The translations under genes were made by a program, and so were the position numbers. A model generated the notes under the pieces. The model was not told where the DNA came from and ran no database searches. It saw only the letters and a program-made list of their open reading frames with translations. A stretch of DNA of 64,000 bases, taken from contig CBDCTZ010000014.1 in assembly GCA_965222375.1 (NCBI GenBank), forward strand, positions 704,001 to 768,000, written 5' to 3'. The stretch comes from Polyangiaceae bacterium (GTDB taxonomy: Bacteria > Myxococcota_A > Polyangia > Polyangiales > Polyangiaceae). Positions 40,546-50,499 of the stretch are shown here, piece after piece; within the stretch, counting starts at the first letter, position 1; every line of letters begins with the position of its first letter.

Positions 40546-41763
40546 TCAGCGTTTGGCGGGTTCGCAGCTGTAGAGTCGCGCCCAGGTTCGAAAGTCCGCC
40601 ACGTAGGCGATCAGCACGCCCTGCGCGGTTTCGGCCGCGGAGACGTTGGCGAACGCGCTCGCGCGGGCCACTACACTACTGCTGCCCAGGCCCGATGCCG
40701 CCAACTTGGCTATGTGCAGCTCTTGTGGAGAGCGCGGCCTCGGTGCCGCGGGGCGCGCGTAAACCACCATGGTTCCCCCACAGCCGGTGCTGATCGCCAC
40801 CGGGGCGGGGTCGAGCCCGTTTGGATAGGCTCGCCAGGTCACCGGCGCGCCCATCTTCGGCGGGGAGCCGACGCGCACCTCCGCCAGCCCAAAGCGCGTG
40901 ATGTCCCGCTCCAAGGGCACCAGGCCGATGACTTCGTCATCAGCTGGGGCCGCGGTAATCTCGGTCAGCGACTGGGCGGGGCCGGCCACCCAGACGACCA
41001 CGTCCTTGTCTAGCTTGGGCTTGGAGTCTTCGAAGCCCACGACTCGTGCGTGGACCGGAGTCATTCCGGTTCGTCCCTCCAGGGCGAGCACGTATAGGGA
41101 GTCTGCGGTCGCCGCCATGGACACACTGGTCGCGGCGCTACCTTCCGGCGACATCACCAGGGGCTCCGAGCCCTCGACCCAGAGATATGCCGCGCCCCGT
41201 GCGTCCTTGGTGACCGGAGCGCCGATGTACGCAACCGCCGCAGGTCGATTGTCCGACTTGGGCAGCGCGGTCACACGGGTGCCGCTTCGAGCGTTTGCGG
41301 CCAGCGTCTCCAAGGTCCCACCCTTGAGTTTTCGCCGGACGAGTCGTCCCGAGGATATCCAGTAGGCATACGGACCCGCGACGCTGGGACCGCGCGCAAT
41401 CGCGAACTGGTCTTTGGGCTCCTTGACCGCTTTGACCTCGCCCTTCTTCTTGGCCAGCGGGGCCAGCGCGATTCGGTCGTCTTTGGTGATCAGCACCACG
41501 CCGCGAGCGCTTGCCGCAATGGGACCCGCTGGGCCGACATCGTTCAGGGCGAGAAGTGCGCTGCCCCCATCACCTGCGTCGCTGGCGGCGTCGGGCTCGT
41601 CCAGCTGGGGAGAGGATGCGACTGCTGCGGCGCTCTTGCTCGCGCCCGGAGATGCCGCGGCCACCGGGGCCTTGGACGAGGCCGGCGCAGGTTTCTTCGG
41701 TTTGCTTTTGCAGCCGCCCGCCATCAGGGTTGCCACGAGCGCGAGACTGAGAAGCGGTTGCAC
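40546..41763 (-). CDS. Hypothetical lipoprotein (start uncertain)
   Basis: Lipobox MAGGC, Ala/Pro linker, beta-rich body. Confidence 0.65.
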   Translation of the reverse strand: MQPLLSLALVATLMAGGCKSKPKKPAPASSKAPVAAASPGASKSAAAVASSPQLDEPDAASDAGDGGSALLALNDVGPAGPIAASARGVVLITKDDRIALAPLAKKKGEVKAVKEPKDQFAIARGPSVAGPYAYWISSGRLVRRKLKGGTLETLAANARSGTRVTALPKSDNRPAAVAYIGAPVTKDARGAAYLWVEGSEPLVMSPEGSAATSVSMAATADSLYVLALEGRTGMTPVHARVVGFEDSKPKLDKDVVVWVAGPAQSLTEITAAPADDEVIGLVPLERDITRFGLAEVRVGSPPKMGAPVTWRAYPNGLDPAPVAISTGCGGTMVVYARPAAPRPRSPQELHIAKLAASGLGSSSVVARASAFANVSAAETAQGVLIAYVADFRTWARLYSCEPAKR

Positions 41764-41854
41764 GAGTACCGCTTCTGCCACAGGCGAGCCGGGCGCGCGA
41801 GGCCGGGTGACCAACCGGTTTTGCTTCTTCCGGTCAACGCGGCTATTGGGGCGC

Positions 41855-42574
41855 ATGGCCTGCAAAGGGGCGATCCTCTCGGTTTTTGCAGTGGGCGCGC
41901 TGGCTTGTGCGCCCAAGTGTCCCAAGCCGGCGTTGGCAGGTGCCTCGAGCCCTCCCGCCGCGACGCTGCTCGAGGACGGCCGAGTCCGCCTGGCGGATGG
42001 TCGCGAGGTCACCGCAGCGGAAGCCGCCGCATCACTTCCACCCGGAGCCGCGCTGGTGTTCGCGCCCCCGGCGCCACCCGCGGCGACGGCTGCCGAGGTC
42101 CCTGGAGGACCCTCGCCGGATGGTTCGAGTCCCGCACCACCCCCGGTGGCTTCGGGGCCTGCGCCCGCGCCAAGCGCAGCGGTGGGCCCGACGGCGCCAC
42201 CGAGCACAGAGCCAACGGCGCCCGTGGCCGGCTCCTTGCCTGAGGTCGTGGTGTCCAACGTCGGGCTGCACATCGGCGGTGGCCCGAACGATGACGCCAG
42301 CAAGGCGCCCTTCCGCGCAGCGATCGAGAAGCGCTTCGAGGACCTGCGCAAGTGCTACGTGCATGCCGAAGAGCCCGAGAAGGGCGGAACCTACGGCGTG
42401 GATCTCTTCATCGGCCGCAACGGCGGCAATCCCGAGTTGCGCCAGCCGCGCACGGGAATGAAGGGTGCGGCGTTTCGCGATTGCATCAAACGCGCCTTTT
42501 CGAGTGTCGTATTCGGAAAGCCGCCCCGTGGCCCCACTGTGATCAGCTATTCCGTGCGTTTCAAGCTGAAGTGA
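41855..42574 (+). CDS. Hypothetical lipoprotein with AgmX/PglI (TonB-C-like) C-terminal domain
   Basis: Lipobox ALAC. LRKCY...FRDCIKRAF...ISYSVRF pattern. Confidence 0.6.
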   Translation: MACKGAILSVFAVGALACAPKCPKPALAGASSPPAATLLEDGRVRLADGREVTAAEAAASLPPGAALVFAPPAPPAATAAEVPGGPSPDGSSPAPPPVASGPAPAPSAAVGPTAPPSTEPTAPVAGSLPEVVVSNVGLHIGGGPNDDASKAPFRAAIEKRFEDLRKCYVHAEEPEKGGTYGVDLFIGRNGGNPELRQPRTGMKGAAFRDCIKRAFSSVVFGKPPRGPTVISYSVRFKLK

Positions 42575-42616
42575 CGCCCGTTTTGGTCCGCTCCGGGCCG
42601 TGTTACACGCTTTGCC

Positions 42617-43168
42617 ATGGTCCACGCCTGGTTTGAACTCCCCAGCCGCCCAGCGAGTCCGGATGGCGCCATCAATGCAGTGATCGAGATCCCCCAGGGC
42701 TCCAAAGTCAAGTACGAGCTCGACAAGCCAACGGGGATGCTGCGCGTTGACCGAGTGTTGCATAGTTCCGTGCACTATCCGGCCAACTACGGCTTCATCC
42801 CGCGTTCCTACTGCGACGATGGAGACCCTCTCGATGTACTCGTACTGTGCAGCGAGTCTGTGGCCCCCATGAGCTTGATCGTCGGGCGGCCGATCGGTGT
42901 CGTGCGCATGATTGACGCAGGCAAAGCTGACGACAAGGTCCTCGCAGTGCATGCCCACGACCCGGCATTCGAAGAGATCGCCGAGCTCGAAGACTTGCCC
43001 AAGCACGTGGCCCGGGAGATCCAGCGTTTCTTCACGGACTATAAAGTGTTGGAAGAACGTGAAGTCACCGTGGGTGAAACTCTTGATCGCGAGTCCGCCA
43101 CCAAGATCATCGACGAATCCCTCGAGCTGTACCGCAAGGAAGAGAGTCGTCTGCGCGGCTGGGGTTGA
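42617..43168 (+). CDS. ppa: Inorganic pyrophosphatase (family I)
   Basis: KYELDK, YPANYGFIP, DGDPLDV, DDK. Confidence 0.96.
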   Translation: MVHAWFELPSRPASPDGAINAVIEIPQGSKVKYELDKPTGMLRVDRVLHSSVHYPANYGFIPRSYCDDGDPLDVLVLCSESVAPMSLIVGRPIGVVRMIDAGKADDKVLAVHAHDPAFEEIAELEDLPKHVAREIQRFFTDYKVLEEREVTVGETLDRESATKIIDESLELYRKEESRLRGWG

Positions 43169-43291
43169 ACGCAGCGCTCTGCGCAGCGGGGTTGACTCAG
43201 CGACCCAGACCCTTCCCGAGGGTCGAAGCGGTGGGTCATTGATCCGGAAGCGGGATCCGCGCTTCGGCCACGGCGTGAGAGGCGCCTTTGC

Positions 43292-44038
43292 CTAGATCCC
43301 CGCGTCGATGGCGTCGAGCACCTTACTGAGTTTCGGGCGCTTCTTGTAGTCGGTGTCGGCATGAGCCCACTTCACTTTGCCCTTGTCGATCAAGAACAAG
43401 CTCGGCACGGCGACGGTGTGATGGTCCTTGCCGCTCGAGCGCTCGATGTCGATTCCCTTTTCCTTCAAGCGCTTCAGGGTCGCATCGTCGACTCTGAATC
43501 CAACCTTGTAGGCCTTATGCAGGACCAGATCGGAATCGCTCAGGAATTGGAACGGCAGGTCATGGTGGTCTCGCGATTTCGTGGCTTCGCTTGGCCGGTC
43601 CACGCTGACGAAGACGACATTCAAATCCCGCTTTCGCAGGTCTCCGGCCTGCTTGGTGAATTCGCGAATCTGAAAGTTGCAAAAGGGGCACCAACCACCG
43701 CGGTAGAACACGAGCAGGACGCGGCGCTTCTTCCATTGGCTGGAAAGCTCGATGTCCTCGTTCTGGTAGTTCTTCAGCTTGGCCGACGGCGCGGCTTCAC
43801 CCACACGGATCCCGATGCCCTTCGGCAGTGTGCCGAGAGCCGCGGGCTTGCCGGGTGGCTTCATGCGCACGTCGCCAACCTTCGGTGCTGCCTTGGGCGC
43901 GGCGCTGCTGGCCGCGGGTGGCGCGGCCGCGATGCTGTCCCGCGCCGACGGCGCCGACGGCGCAGATTGGGGCGCAGGCTTGGATTGTTCACAGCCCATA
44001 GCCAGCGCCAGGCCGACGAGGAGCCCAAGGCGGTTCAT
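43292..44038 (-). CDS. Peroxiredoxin-like (AhpC/TSA) lipoprotein
   Basis: Lipobox LAMGC, FYRGGWCPFC. Confidence 0.88.
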   Translation of the reverse strand: MNRLGLLVGLALAMGCEQSKPAPQSAPSAPSARDSIAAAPPAASSAAPKAAPKVGDVRMKPPGKPAALGTLPKGIGIRVGEAAPSAKLKNYQNEDIELSSQWKKRRVLLVFYRGGWCPFCNFQIREFTKQAGDLRKRDLNVVFVSVDRPSEATKSRDHHDLPFQFLSDSDLVLHKAYKVGFRVDDATLKRLKEKGIDIERSSGKDHHTVAVPSLFLIDKGKVKWAHADTDYKKRPKLSKVLDAIDAGI

Positions 44039-44113
44039 GTTCCAAACACGGCAGTGGGGCATCCGGGTTTCTATACAGCCGATCGCCGCGTTGCTCGGCT
44101 CAATTGAGGACAT

Positions 44114-44168
44114 GTGACCCTTTGGGCACCTATCCTTGGGACCACTTTTTGTGTGACTATTTGGTCAC
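44114..44168. promoter_or_regulatory. Two GTGAC-N6-G(T/G)CAC palindromes, likely ArsR autoregulatory operators
   Basis: GTGACCCTTTGGGCAC (44114-44129) and GTGACTATTTGGTCAC (44153-44168); the second abuts the start codon. Confidence 0.6.
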
Positions 44169-44459
44169 GTGACAGCCCCTCTGGTGCCCGATGTCAGCGA
44201 TTCGGTGTTCCGCGCTCTGGCGGATCCCAACCGCCGGCGCATGCTCGATCTGATCAAGGAAACACCGGGTCTGAACGTGAACGAGCTGACCGCTAGCTTC
44301 GACTTCACGCGGTTTTCGGTCATGAAGCACCTGCGGATCCTTCGGAGCGCGGACTTGGTCTTGAGCCGGCGCATCGGCAAGGAACGACGCCTGTTCCTGA
44401 ATCCAGTACCGCTGAAGATCATCTACGACCGATGGCTCAGCCAGTACAACGCGCCCTGA
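44169..44459 (+). CDS. ArsR/SmtB family transcriptional regulator
   Basis: FRALADPNRRRMLDL, TRFSVMKHLRIL. Confidence 0.9.
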   Translation: MTAPLVPDVSDSVFRALADPNRRRMLDLIKETPGLNVNELTASFDFTRFSVMKHLRILRSADLVLSRRIGKERRLFLNPVPLKIIYDRWLSQYNAP

Positions 44460-44530
44460 GCCCCGCCTCCCCCATTTTCTGCCAAAAATACTAGACCTGA
44501 CGCCGCGGTCGCTCTAGGGAGGGCCCCCTC

Positions 44531-45244
44531 ATGAGCGCGATGTACTTGCTCCTCAGCCCCCTATCCGAAAAAGAGATGCTCGACCTGGAGTACGAGTGCG
44601 GGGACGCCCTCGACGCCTGGTTCGACGACAACCCCGACGCAGAAAACGACTACGGCGAAATGGAGACGACCGAGGGGATCCCGTCTCTTGACGAGATCAA
44701 GGCCGCGTACAAGAAGGACAAGCTCGAGCTCGATGCCGAAACCGAGGGGCGGCTCGCCGAAATACAGTCGGGTTTCTCCATCGAAGACCCCGGGGACATC
44801 GAAACCAAGGGTGGGCTCCAAGTATCGATCATGCGCTTCCTTTTGGAGCGTGCGGGCAATGGTCTCGTCTCTTTGGGCAAGTACCCCTTCGAGAAGAGCG
44901 AGGACGTTCTGGAGCGCCTGCGCTCCGTCCCGGGAGTCGACGGTTTCGGTGGCGAGGATGCAGAACCCAAGCGGCGGCGCATGGTTCAGCCGTCGAAAGA
45001 AGACGGCCAAGCTCGGGCTGAGCGCGTGCTGCGCATCCTCGAGTCCGCCATGAAGAACGTGAATCAGGCCATCGACGTGAAGAACGCCCTGTATCGCGCG
45101 AGTGAAGCTGCTCGTAACTACGGGGCGTTGCTGCTCGAAGAGGGCGCCATGAACGACGTCATGGCGGCGGAGAAGCTTGGCGTGGAGTACGTCGACCTCG
45201 TGGAGGCGGCCGAGGAACTCGACCGCGGTTTGAAGCGGCGCTGA
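44531..45244 (+). CDS. Hypothetical acidic protein
   Basis: SD GGAGG before the start and GC3-rich codon usage. No recognised motif. Confidence 0.75.
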   Translation: MSAMYLLLSPLSEKEMLDLEYECGDALDAWFDDNPDAENDYGEMETTEGIPSLDEIKAAYKKDKLELDAETEGRLAEIQSGFSIEDPGDIETKGGLQVSIMRFLLERAGNGLVSLGKYPFEKSEDVLERLRSVPGVDGFGGEDAEPKRRRMVQPSKEDGQARAERVLRILESAMKNVNQAIDVKNALYRASEAARNYGALLLEEGAMNDVMAAEKLGVEYVDLVEAAEELDRGLKRR

Positions 45245-45248
45245 GGGT

Positions 45249-46742
45249 TCACTTCGGCTTGCCGGGCAGACCGCTGCCCGGCGGCGCGATGCCCAACACG
45301 GTTTCTTCGAACGCGTCATCCAGCGCGCCGCTGATGTTTCCTTTGTCGGTACGCGCCGCCTGGCGCTTTTCGAGGGCGCTGGCGAGTGCCTCCCGTGTGC
45401 TCTGATCGTCGCTGAGCCGTACTGCGCGTTTCAGCGCGGAAACCGCCTGGTCGAGCCGCTTGTCGTGCATCAAGCTCAGGCCCAGATAGAGGGGATGGTC
45501 CGCGTTGGATGGGTCGTGCTTCTCTGCCGACGCGAAAAGCTTCGCCGCAGCGGCATACTTCTTTTCCCCCATCAACCCAGCGCCCTCTCGCGCCAGCGCG
45601 TCCGCGAGGCCCTCCTTGTGAAGCTCCGAGGCATCCAGTTTCGCTGCGGTCTTCAAGGCTTCGATAGCGCCCTTGCGATCCCCCATCGCCTCGAGCACCA
45701 GGCCCAGGTTGTAGTGGGCGCGGGGCTCCTTGTCGTCCAGGGCAATCGCAGCGCGGTACGCCGCCGCAGCTTGCTTGTGGTTGCCAGCGCGCGCCAAGGA
45801 CACGCCATGATTGATATGGGCGCCCACGAGGACGGCCTTGTGTTCGTGTTTCGGGTCCAGCTCCAGGGCTCGGGTGAAGTGTTCGATAGCTTTGGCGTAC
45901 TGCTCCATCCTCAGCAGCGCCAAGCCGAGGTCGTAGTGTGCGATTGCGCTGTCGGGCTCGAGGTCGATGGCGCGTTGGTAGGCAGCGGCGGCGCCCTCGT
46001 CGTCGCCTGCGCGCGCCAAGTCCACACCGTGATTCACCAAGCCCGCGGCTGTGCGACTGTCTTTCTGAAAGAAGATGGCGCCGCCAAAGGCGAGCACCGC
46101 GACTGTCACCACCACCGCGGATGCGGCAATTCCGTCGACCACGTCTTCGGCCTTGGCTCGCAGAAAGTAGGCTACGGCCGCCCCGAACAGCATGCCGCCC
46201 AGGTGCGCGGCGTTGTCTGCGCCAATCAACACGCCAAAGACGAGGGTGCCCCCGAGCCACAGCAACATCATGGATAGCTGTGGGCGACCCGAGCTGCCTT
46301 GCCGAAATGCTGCGACGGCCACGCCGGCAATCGCGCCGCAGAGCGCCCCGGAGGCGCCCGCGCTCACGATCGGATCCCGAAAGTGAAACGCCACCGAGGC
46401 CAGGGAGCCCCCCAACCCCGATGCCAAGTAGATCCCCACGAATCGACCCCGGCCGAACAGGGCTTCTCCCTGTGGGCCGATCGTGACCAGTGCCACGCTG
46501 TTCATCAGCAAGTGCCACACGTTGATGTGTAGGAATGCCGAGGCGATCAGGCGATGCACCTGACCTGCGAAGACCAAGGGGGCGTAGTCAGCTCCGAAAA
46601 GCATCAGGGTGTTGGTAGAGGGACCCGAAAGCTCTTCGCGGCCACCGGTCAGCAGCATCAGGCCATAGACGGCCACGTTGATGACGAACAACACCGTCGT
46701 CGGGCTCGACAGCGCGAAGGAAAAGCGCAGCGCGGTGCTCAT
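45249..46742 (-). CDS. Rhomboid family intramembrane protease with C-terminal TPR repeats
   Basis: FLHINVWHLLMN, GASGA, AHLGG, multiple TPRs. Confidence 0.9.
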   Translation of the reverse strand: MSTALRFSFALSSPTTVLFVINVAVYGLMLLTGGREELSGPSTNTLMLFGADYAPLVFAGQVHRLIASAFLHINVWHLLMNSVALVTIGPQGEALFGRGRFVGIYLASGLGGSLASVAFHFRDPIVSAGASGALCGAIAGVAVAAFRQGSSGRPQLSMMLLWLGGTLVFGVLIGADNAAHLGGMLFGAAVAYFLRAKAEDVVDGIAASAVVVTVAVLAFGGAIFFQKDSRTAAGLVNHGVDLARAGDDEGAAAAYQRAIDLEPDSAIAHYDLGLALLRMEQYAKAIEHFTRALELDPKHEHKAVLVGAHINHGVSLARAGNHKQAAAAYRAAIALDDKEPRAHYNLGLVLEAMGDRKGAIEALKTAAKLDASELHKEGLADALAREGAGLMGEKKYAAAAKLFASAEKHDPSNADHPLYLGLSLMHDKRLDQAVSALKRAVRLSDDQSTREALASALEKRQAARTDKGNISGALDDAFEETVLGIAPPGSGLPGKPK

Positions 46743-48265
46743 GGGGCCGCTGGGTCGCGAAAGCGGGCCAGAGCGCTCAGGGTCTGCCGAGCGGCCGGAT
46801 ACACACCTCGGTAGATATCGAGCAGCTCCGCGTAGCGCTCTTGATCGTCGTCGGGGACGAAACGCCGTGTCGTGCGCGTCATCGCTCTTGCTGCTTCCGT
46901 CAAGTCCCCGTGCATCTTTGCGTGCACAGCTGCGAGCATGCCCGCGCCCAGACACGTGGCCTCGGACGTGCCGCAACGCAGAATCGGCCTATCCAGCACG
47001 TCGGCGAGGATCTGACACCACAGCTCGCTCTGGGAGCCGCCGCCCATGACGATGAACTCCTCAATCGGCCATCCCAAGGCGGCCTCGACGCCCTCGGTGT
47101 GCACGCGGTGTTCGAGTGCCAGTCCCTCGACGATCGCTCGATAGAAGTGGGCGGGCCCGTGGGAAGCGGATAGTCCCATCATGACCCCACGGGCGTCGTC
47201 GTCCCAGTAGGGGTTCATCACGCCTGCGAAGTAGGGCAGGAGCATCAGACCGTCAGCGCCCGGCGACAGTTGGTTCGCTTGCTGCTCCAGTTCGTCGAGG
47301 CTGACTTTGCGCCCTGCTTCCGCCTCTGGGGCCAGGAGTTGGTCCAAGAGCCAGTTCAGGGTGAAGGTGCCGCCGAGCAGGTCGGTCTCCAAGAAGTAGG
47401 TTCGGTCAGCGCCGCCGTAGAGGGTCCGAAAGGCGCGACTGGTTTGGTAGCTCCGTGACAACACCCCGCTCACGATCGCGGTGCCGAGGTTCAGGTAGGC
47501 GCGGCCGGGCGCAACCAACCCCGCGCCGAGGCCTGCGGCTTGCCCATCGCCGAGGCCTGCGATGACCGGGAGCCCTCGCGGCAGGCCGACGGCGTCAGCA
47601 ACCTCGTCCAGGACGCTGCCGATGGGCTCCCCGGGCTCGAGCAGCCTCGGCAGCTGGCTTTCGTCGAGCGCTAGCGCCGAAAGCAAGTCCGGCGACCAGG
47701 CGCGAGCCTGCATGTCCACCATGCCCAATGGGTCCGCCGACGCCCGGCTCGTTGCGAACGCACCGGTCAGGCGCCACGCGAGGAACGCATGCACGTCGAG
47801 CACTCGCGTGTGTCGGGTTGCCAGCGAGGGCTCTCGGGCCAGGAGCGCGTGAAGCTTGTAGAAGCTCGGGGTGATGCAAGGCGGTTTGCCACTAATGGTA
47901 TGCACACGGTCTTCGGACAGCGGGCCGCGGGCGTCGCTGATCCCATCCTTGCCTCGGGCATCCATCCAGACCAACGCTGGGCGCAGGGGGTGGCCCTCGG
48001 GGTCTGTCAGCACGAAGGTCTCGCGCTGGTGGGCAATACACAGTGCCGCCACCTCGTCTTCTTGCGCGAGGCCGCGACAACACTGCCCGAGTGCTTCGAG
48101 GCTGGCTTGCCACCACTGCTCGGCGTCCTGCTCCCACGCATCTGTCCCGGGGTTGTTCAGGGCGTAGGACGCGCGGCCTTCGCAGCGCGCATTTCCCGAG
48201 GCATCCCAGGCGATGGCCTTGACCGCGGTCGTACTGGCATCAATGCCCAAGACAACGCGCGTCAT
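46739..48265 (-). CDS. FGGY-family carbohydrate kinase (xylulokinase-like)
   Basis: GIDASTT, VWMDAR, GDGQAAGLG, GGGSQS. Confidence 0.9.
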   Translation of the reverse strand: MTRVVLGIDASTTAVKAIAWDASGNARCEGRASYALNNPGTDAWEQDAEQWWQASLEALGQCCRGLAQEDEVAALCIAHQRETFVLTDPEGHPLRPALVWMDARGKDGISDARGPLSEDRVHTISGKPPCITPSFYKLHALLAREPSLATRHTRVLDVHAFLAWRLTGAFATSRASADPLGMVDMQARAWSPDLLSALALDESQLPRLLEPGEPIGSVLDEVADAVGLPRGLPVIAGLGDGQAAGLGAGLVAPGRAYLNLGTAIVSGVLSRSYQTSRAFRTLYGGADRTYFLETDLLGGTFTLNWLLDQLLAPEAEAGRKVSLDELEQQANQLSPGADGLMLLPYFAGVMNPYWDDDARGVMMGLSASHGPAHFYRAIVEGLALEHRVHTEGVEAALGWPIEEFIVMGGGSQSELWCQILADVLDRPILRCGTSEATCLGAGMLAAVHAKMHGDLTEAARAMTRTTRRFVPDDDQERYAELLDIYRGVYPAARQTLSALARFRDPAAP

Positions 48266-49347
48266 CGCTGCCCAGTGCCAGGGGCTGGCAGCCCCGAGAA
48301 GAACTCCGCGTAGGGTGGGGCGACGGCCGCGCCATCCAGCGCCACCGCCTGCATGTGCCGAAGCAGGGGAAGCTCGCCCCTAGCGAGCCGCCCCGCCTTC
48401 TCCCAACTGGCCAGGGCTTTCCGCAGCTGCTCCAAGATCTCGAGGCACTCCAGGGTCGCGCCTTCCATCTTCTCGATGGCCTGCTCTCGGGATAGCCCGG
48501 TTCCCAGCCATTTGCCGAAACGACCGGTGCGGCCCCCATTGGTCGTCACATCCAGATCCCCGACCCCAGCAAGCCCAAGCACACTGTCGCCACTTCCGCC
48601 CATCAGCTCCACGATGCGTCGCGTCTCACATGCAGCCTGAGCGAATATGGCGCTCTCGCTGTTGTGCATCGCCACGCTGCCGTGCTTTCCGCCGCGCGCT
48701 TCGTGCAAGCCGGTGGCGAAAGCGATGCCCATGGCGTAGGCGTTCTTGAGAGCGGCACAGGCCTCGACACCCACGATGTCCGGGTCGACAAAAGGAAAGT
48801 AGTAGGGCGTTCGCATCAGACTGGATAGCCGCATCAATACGTCGGGATCTCGTCCGGTCAGCACGACGGCACTCTCCACACGCCGCGCCAACTCGCCGGC
48901 GATGCACGGGCCCGCCACTACCGCCGGCGCCAGTTTGGCGCGCAGAGCTTCCGGGAAGTGGTCCAGCAGTACGTCTGGAAGCACGCGCAAGCCCGAACCA
49001 TCCCAGCTGAGCCCTTTCGTGATCATGACGATGGGGACATCGGGCCGCACGAAGGGCGCCAGGGTGCGACTACACCAGTCGACGCCGGCAGAGCTGACGC
49101 CCACACCGATGATCTCCACTCCCTCCATCGCCGCGGCGATGTCTGCAATGGCGTGCGGGGTGATCGCCTTGGGCAACTCGAGCCCCATCTTCGGGTGCAC
49201 GCCACTGGCTTTCAGACTGGCGATGATCTCCTCGTCCAGGTGCGTCCCTACCAGCCGAACTTCGTGCCCTGCGTCCGTGAGGGGAACGCAGAGGGCGCTG
49301 CCCATCATGCCTGCGCCAACGACGGTTATGACAGCCACGGCGGGCAT
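48262..49347 (-). CDS. NAD(P)H-dependent glycerol-3-phosphate dehydrogenase-like protein
   Basis: GAGMMGS, ITKG, GVEACAALKN, GVGDL. Confidence 0.82.
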   Translation of the reverse strand: MPAVAVITVVGAGMMGSALCVPLTDAGHEVRLVGTHLDEEIIASLKASGVHPKMGLELPKAITPHAIADIAAAMEGVEIIGVGVSSAGVDWCSRTLAPFVRPDVPIVMITKGLSWDGSGLRVLPDVLLDHFPEALRAKLAPAVVAGPCIAGELARRVESAVVLTGRDPDVLMRLSSLMRTPYYFPFVDPDIVGVEACAALKNAYAMGIAFATGLHEARGGKHGSVAMHNSESAIFAQAACETRRIVELMGGSGDSVLGLAGVGDLDVTTNGGRTGRFGKWLGTGLSREQAIEKMEGATLECLEILEQLRKALASWEKAGRLARGELPLLRHMQAVALDGAAVAPPYAEFFSGLPAPGTGQR

Positions 49348-49397
49348 CCTTCCACGACGCGCCGCAGCTGCAAAGTGCCCCCCGCCAGGCTCGGGAA

Positions 49398-49643
49398 TCA
49401 GAACCGGAACAGGAAGCGCCGCAAGATCTGGATCCCGAACAGCAGAACCATCGGGGAGAAATCCAAGCCGCCCATGCTCGGCAGCACCTTCTTGATGGGA
49501 GTCAGCAGGGGGTCGACCAAGGTGCGTGTGAAGCGGGAAACCGGATGGTCATGGCTGAGACCGATCCAAGAACCCACGACGGCGACGAGCACGACGATGG
49601 AGTACAGATCCAGTAGGCGACCCAGGAGCGAGAGAATCACCAC
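49398..49643 (-). CDS. YggT family membrane protein
   Basis: DPLLTPIKKVLPSMGGLDFSP. Confidence 0.88.
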   Translation of the reverse strand: MVILSLLGRLLDLYSIVVLVAVVGSWIGLSHDHPVSRFTRTLVDPLLTPIKKVLPSMGGLDFSPMVLLFGIQILRRFLFRF

Positions 49644-49746
49644 CTCAAGATTTGGCCGCCAGAGGCTCTCGTCAAGGGCGTGGCGGCTTGCCCCCGCTTG
49701 GATAGGGCGCAAATTGCCGCCGCTTTCTGCCATGCTGAGCCGAGAA

Positions 49747-50493
49747 ATGCCGCAGCTGACCTTCGTGGGGACTGGGGAAGCCTTCGATCCCGCCCTCCCC
49801 AATACCAGCCTGCTATATCAGGGCAGCGAGACGCTATTGATCGACTGCGGCTTCGCGGTGCCCCACGCGTTTTGGAAGATCTCCCGGGACCCGTCGCTGC
49901 TCGACGCCATCTACATCTCGCATCTGCATGCGGATCACAGCTTTGGGTTGCCAGCGCTGCTGCTCTGGATGCGGGAAGCCGGGCGGACTCGGCCGCTGAA
50001 GGTCATCGGGGGCGGAGGTGTTGGGGCCTGGCTCAGCCGATTGCTCGAATTGGGCTACCCGGGATCCTATGCGCCCGACCACTGTTTCGAGATCCAGGCC
50101 CTCGAACTGTTACCGGGTTCGCAGCTGGCTCTCGGCGAAGCCGTTCTGAGCAATGCGCAGAGCGAACACGGGGTGCGCAACCTCTCGTTGCGTATCGACG
50201 AGGCGGGGCGAGCCTTTGCCTACAGCGGGGACGGCCGTCCGACCGAGGCCACCCGGGCACTGTTTCGCGACGCCGCGCTTCTGGTTCATGAGTGCTACTC
50301 GCTCGATCGTGAGTTTCCCGGTCACGCGAGCTTCACGAGCCTGCTGAAGATGACAAGAGATGGCTCCGTCGCACGCTTGGCCTTGCTGCATCTGGGTCGC
50401 GGGGAGAGGGCCGAAATCGTCACTGCGGCTTTCGACAACCCGACCCCGCCGCAGCTCTTCGTGCCCGCACCGGGTGATGTCACTCAGATCTGA
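49747..50493 (+). CDS. MBL-fold hydrolase, RNase Z-like
   Basis: GTGEAF, IDCG, SHLHADH, YSGD, HEC. Confidence 0.88.
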   Translation: MPQLTFVGTGEAFDPALPNTSLLYQGSETLLIDCGFAVPHAFWKISRDPSLLDAIYISHLHADHSFGLPALLLWMREAGRTRPLKVIGGGGVGAWLSRLLELGYPGSYAPDHCFEIQALELLPGSQLALGEAVLSNAQSEHGVRNLSLRIDEAGRAFAYSGDGRPTEATRALFRDAALLVHECYSLDREFPGHASFTSLLKMTRDGSVARLALLHLGRGERAEIVTAAFDNPTPPQLFVPAPGDVTQI

Positions 50494-50499
50494 GGGGGC

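Noticed and set aside
40546..42574. Long overlap of two opposite-strand ORFs (40546-42351 and 41414-42574)
   Set aside because: Lipobox positions indicate starts near 41763 and 41855, giving ordinary divergent genes.
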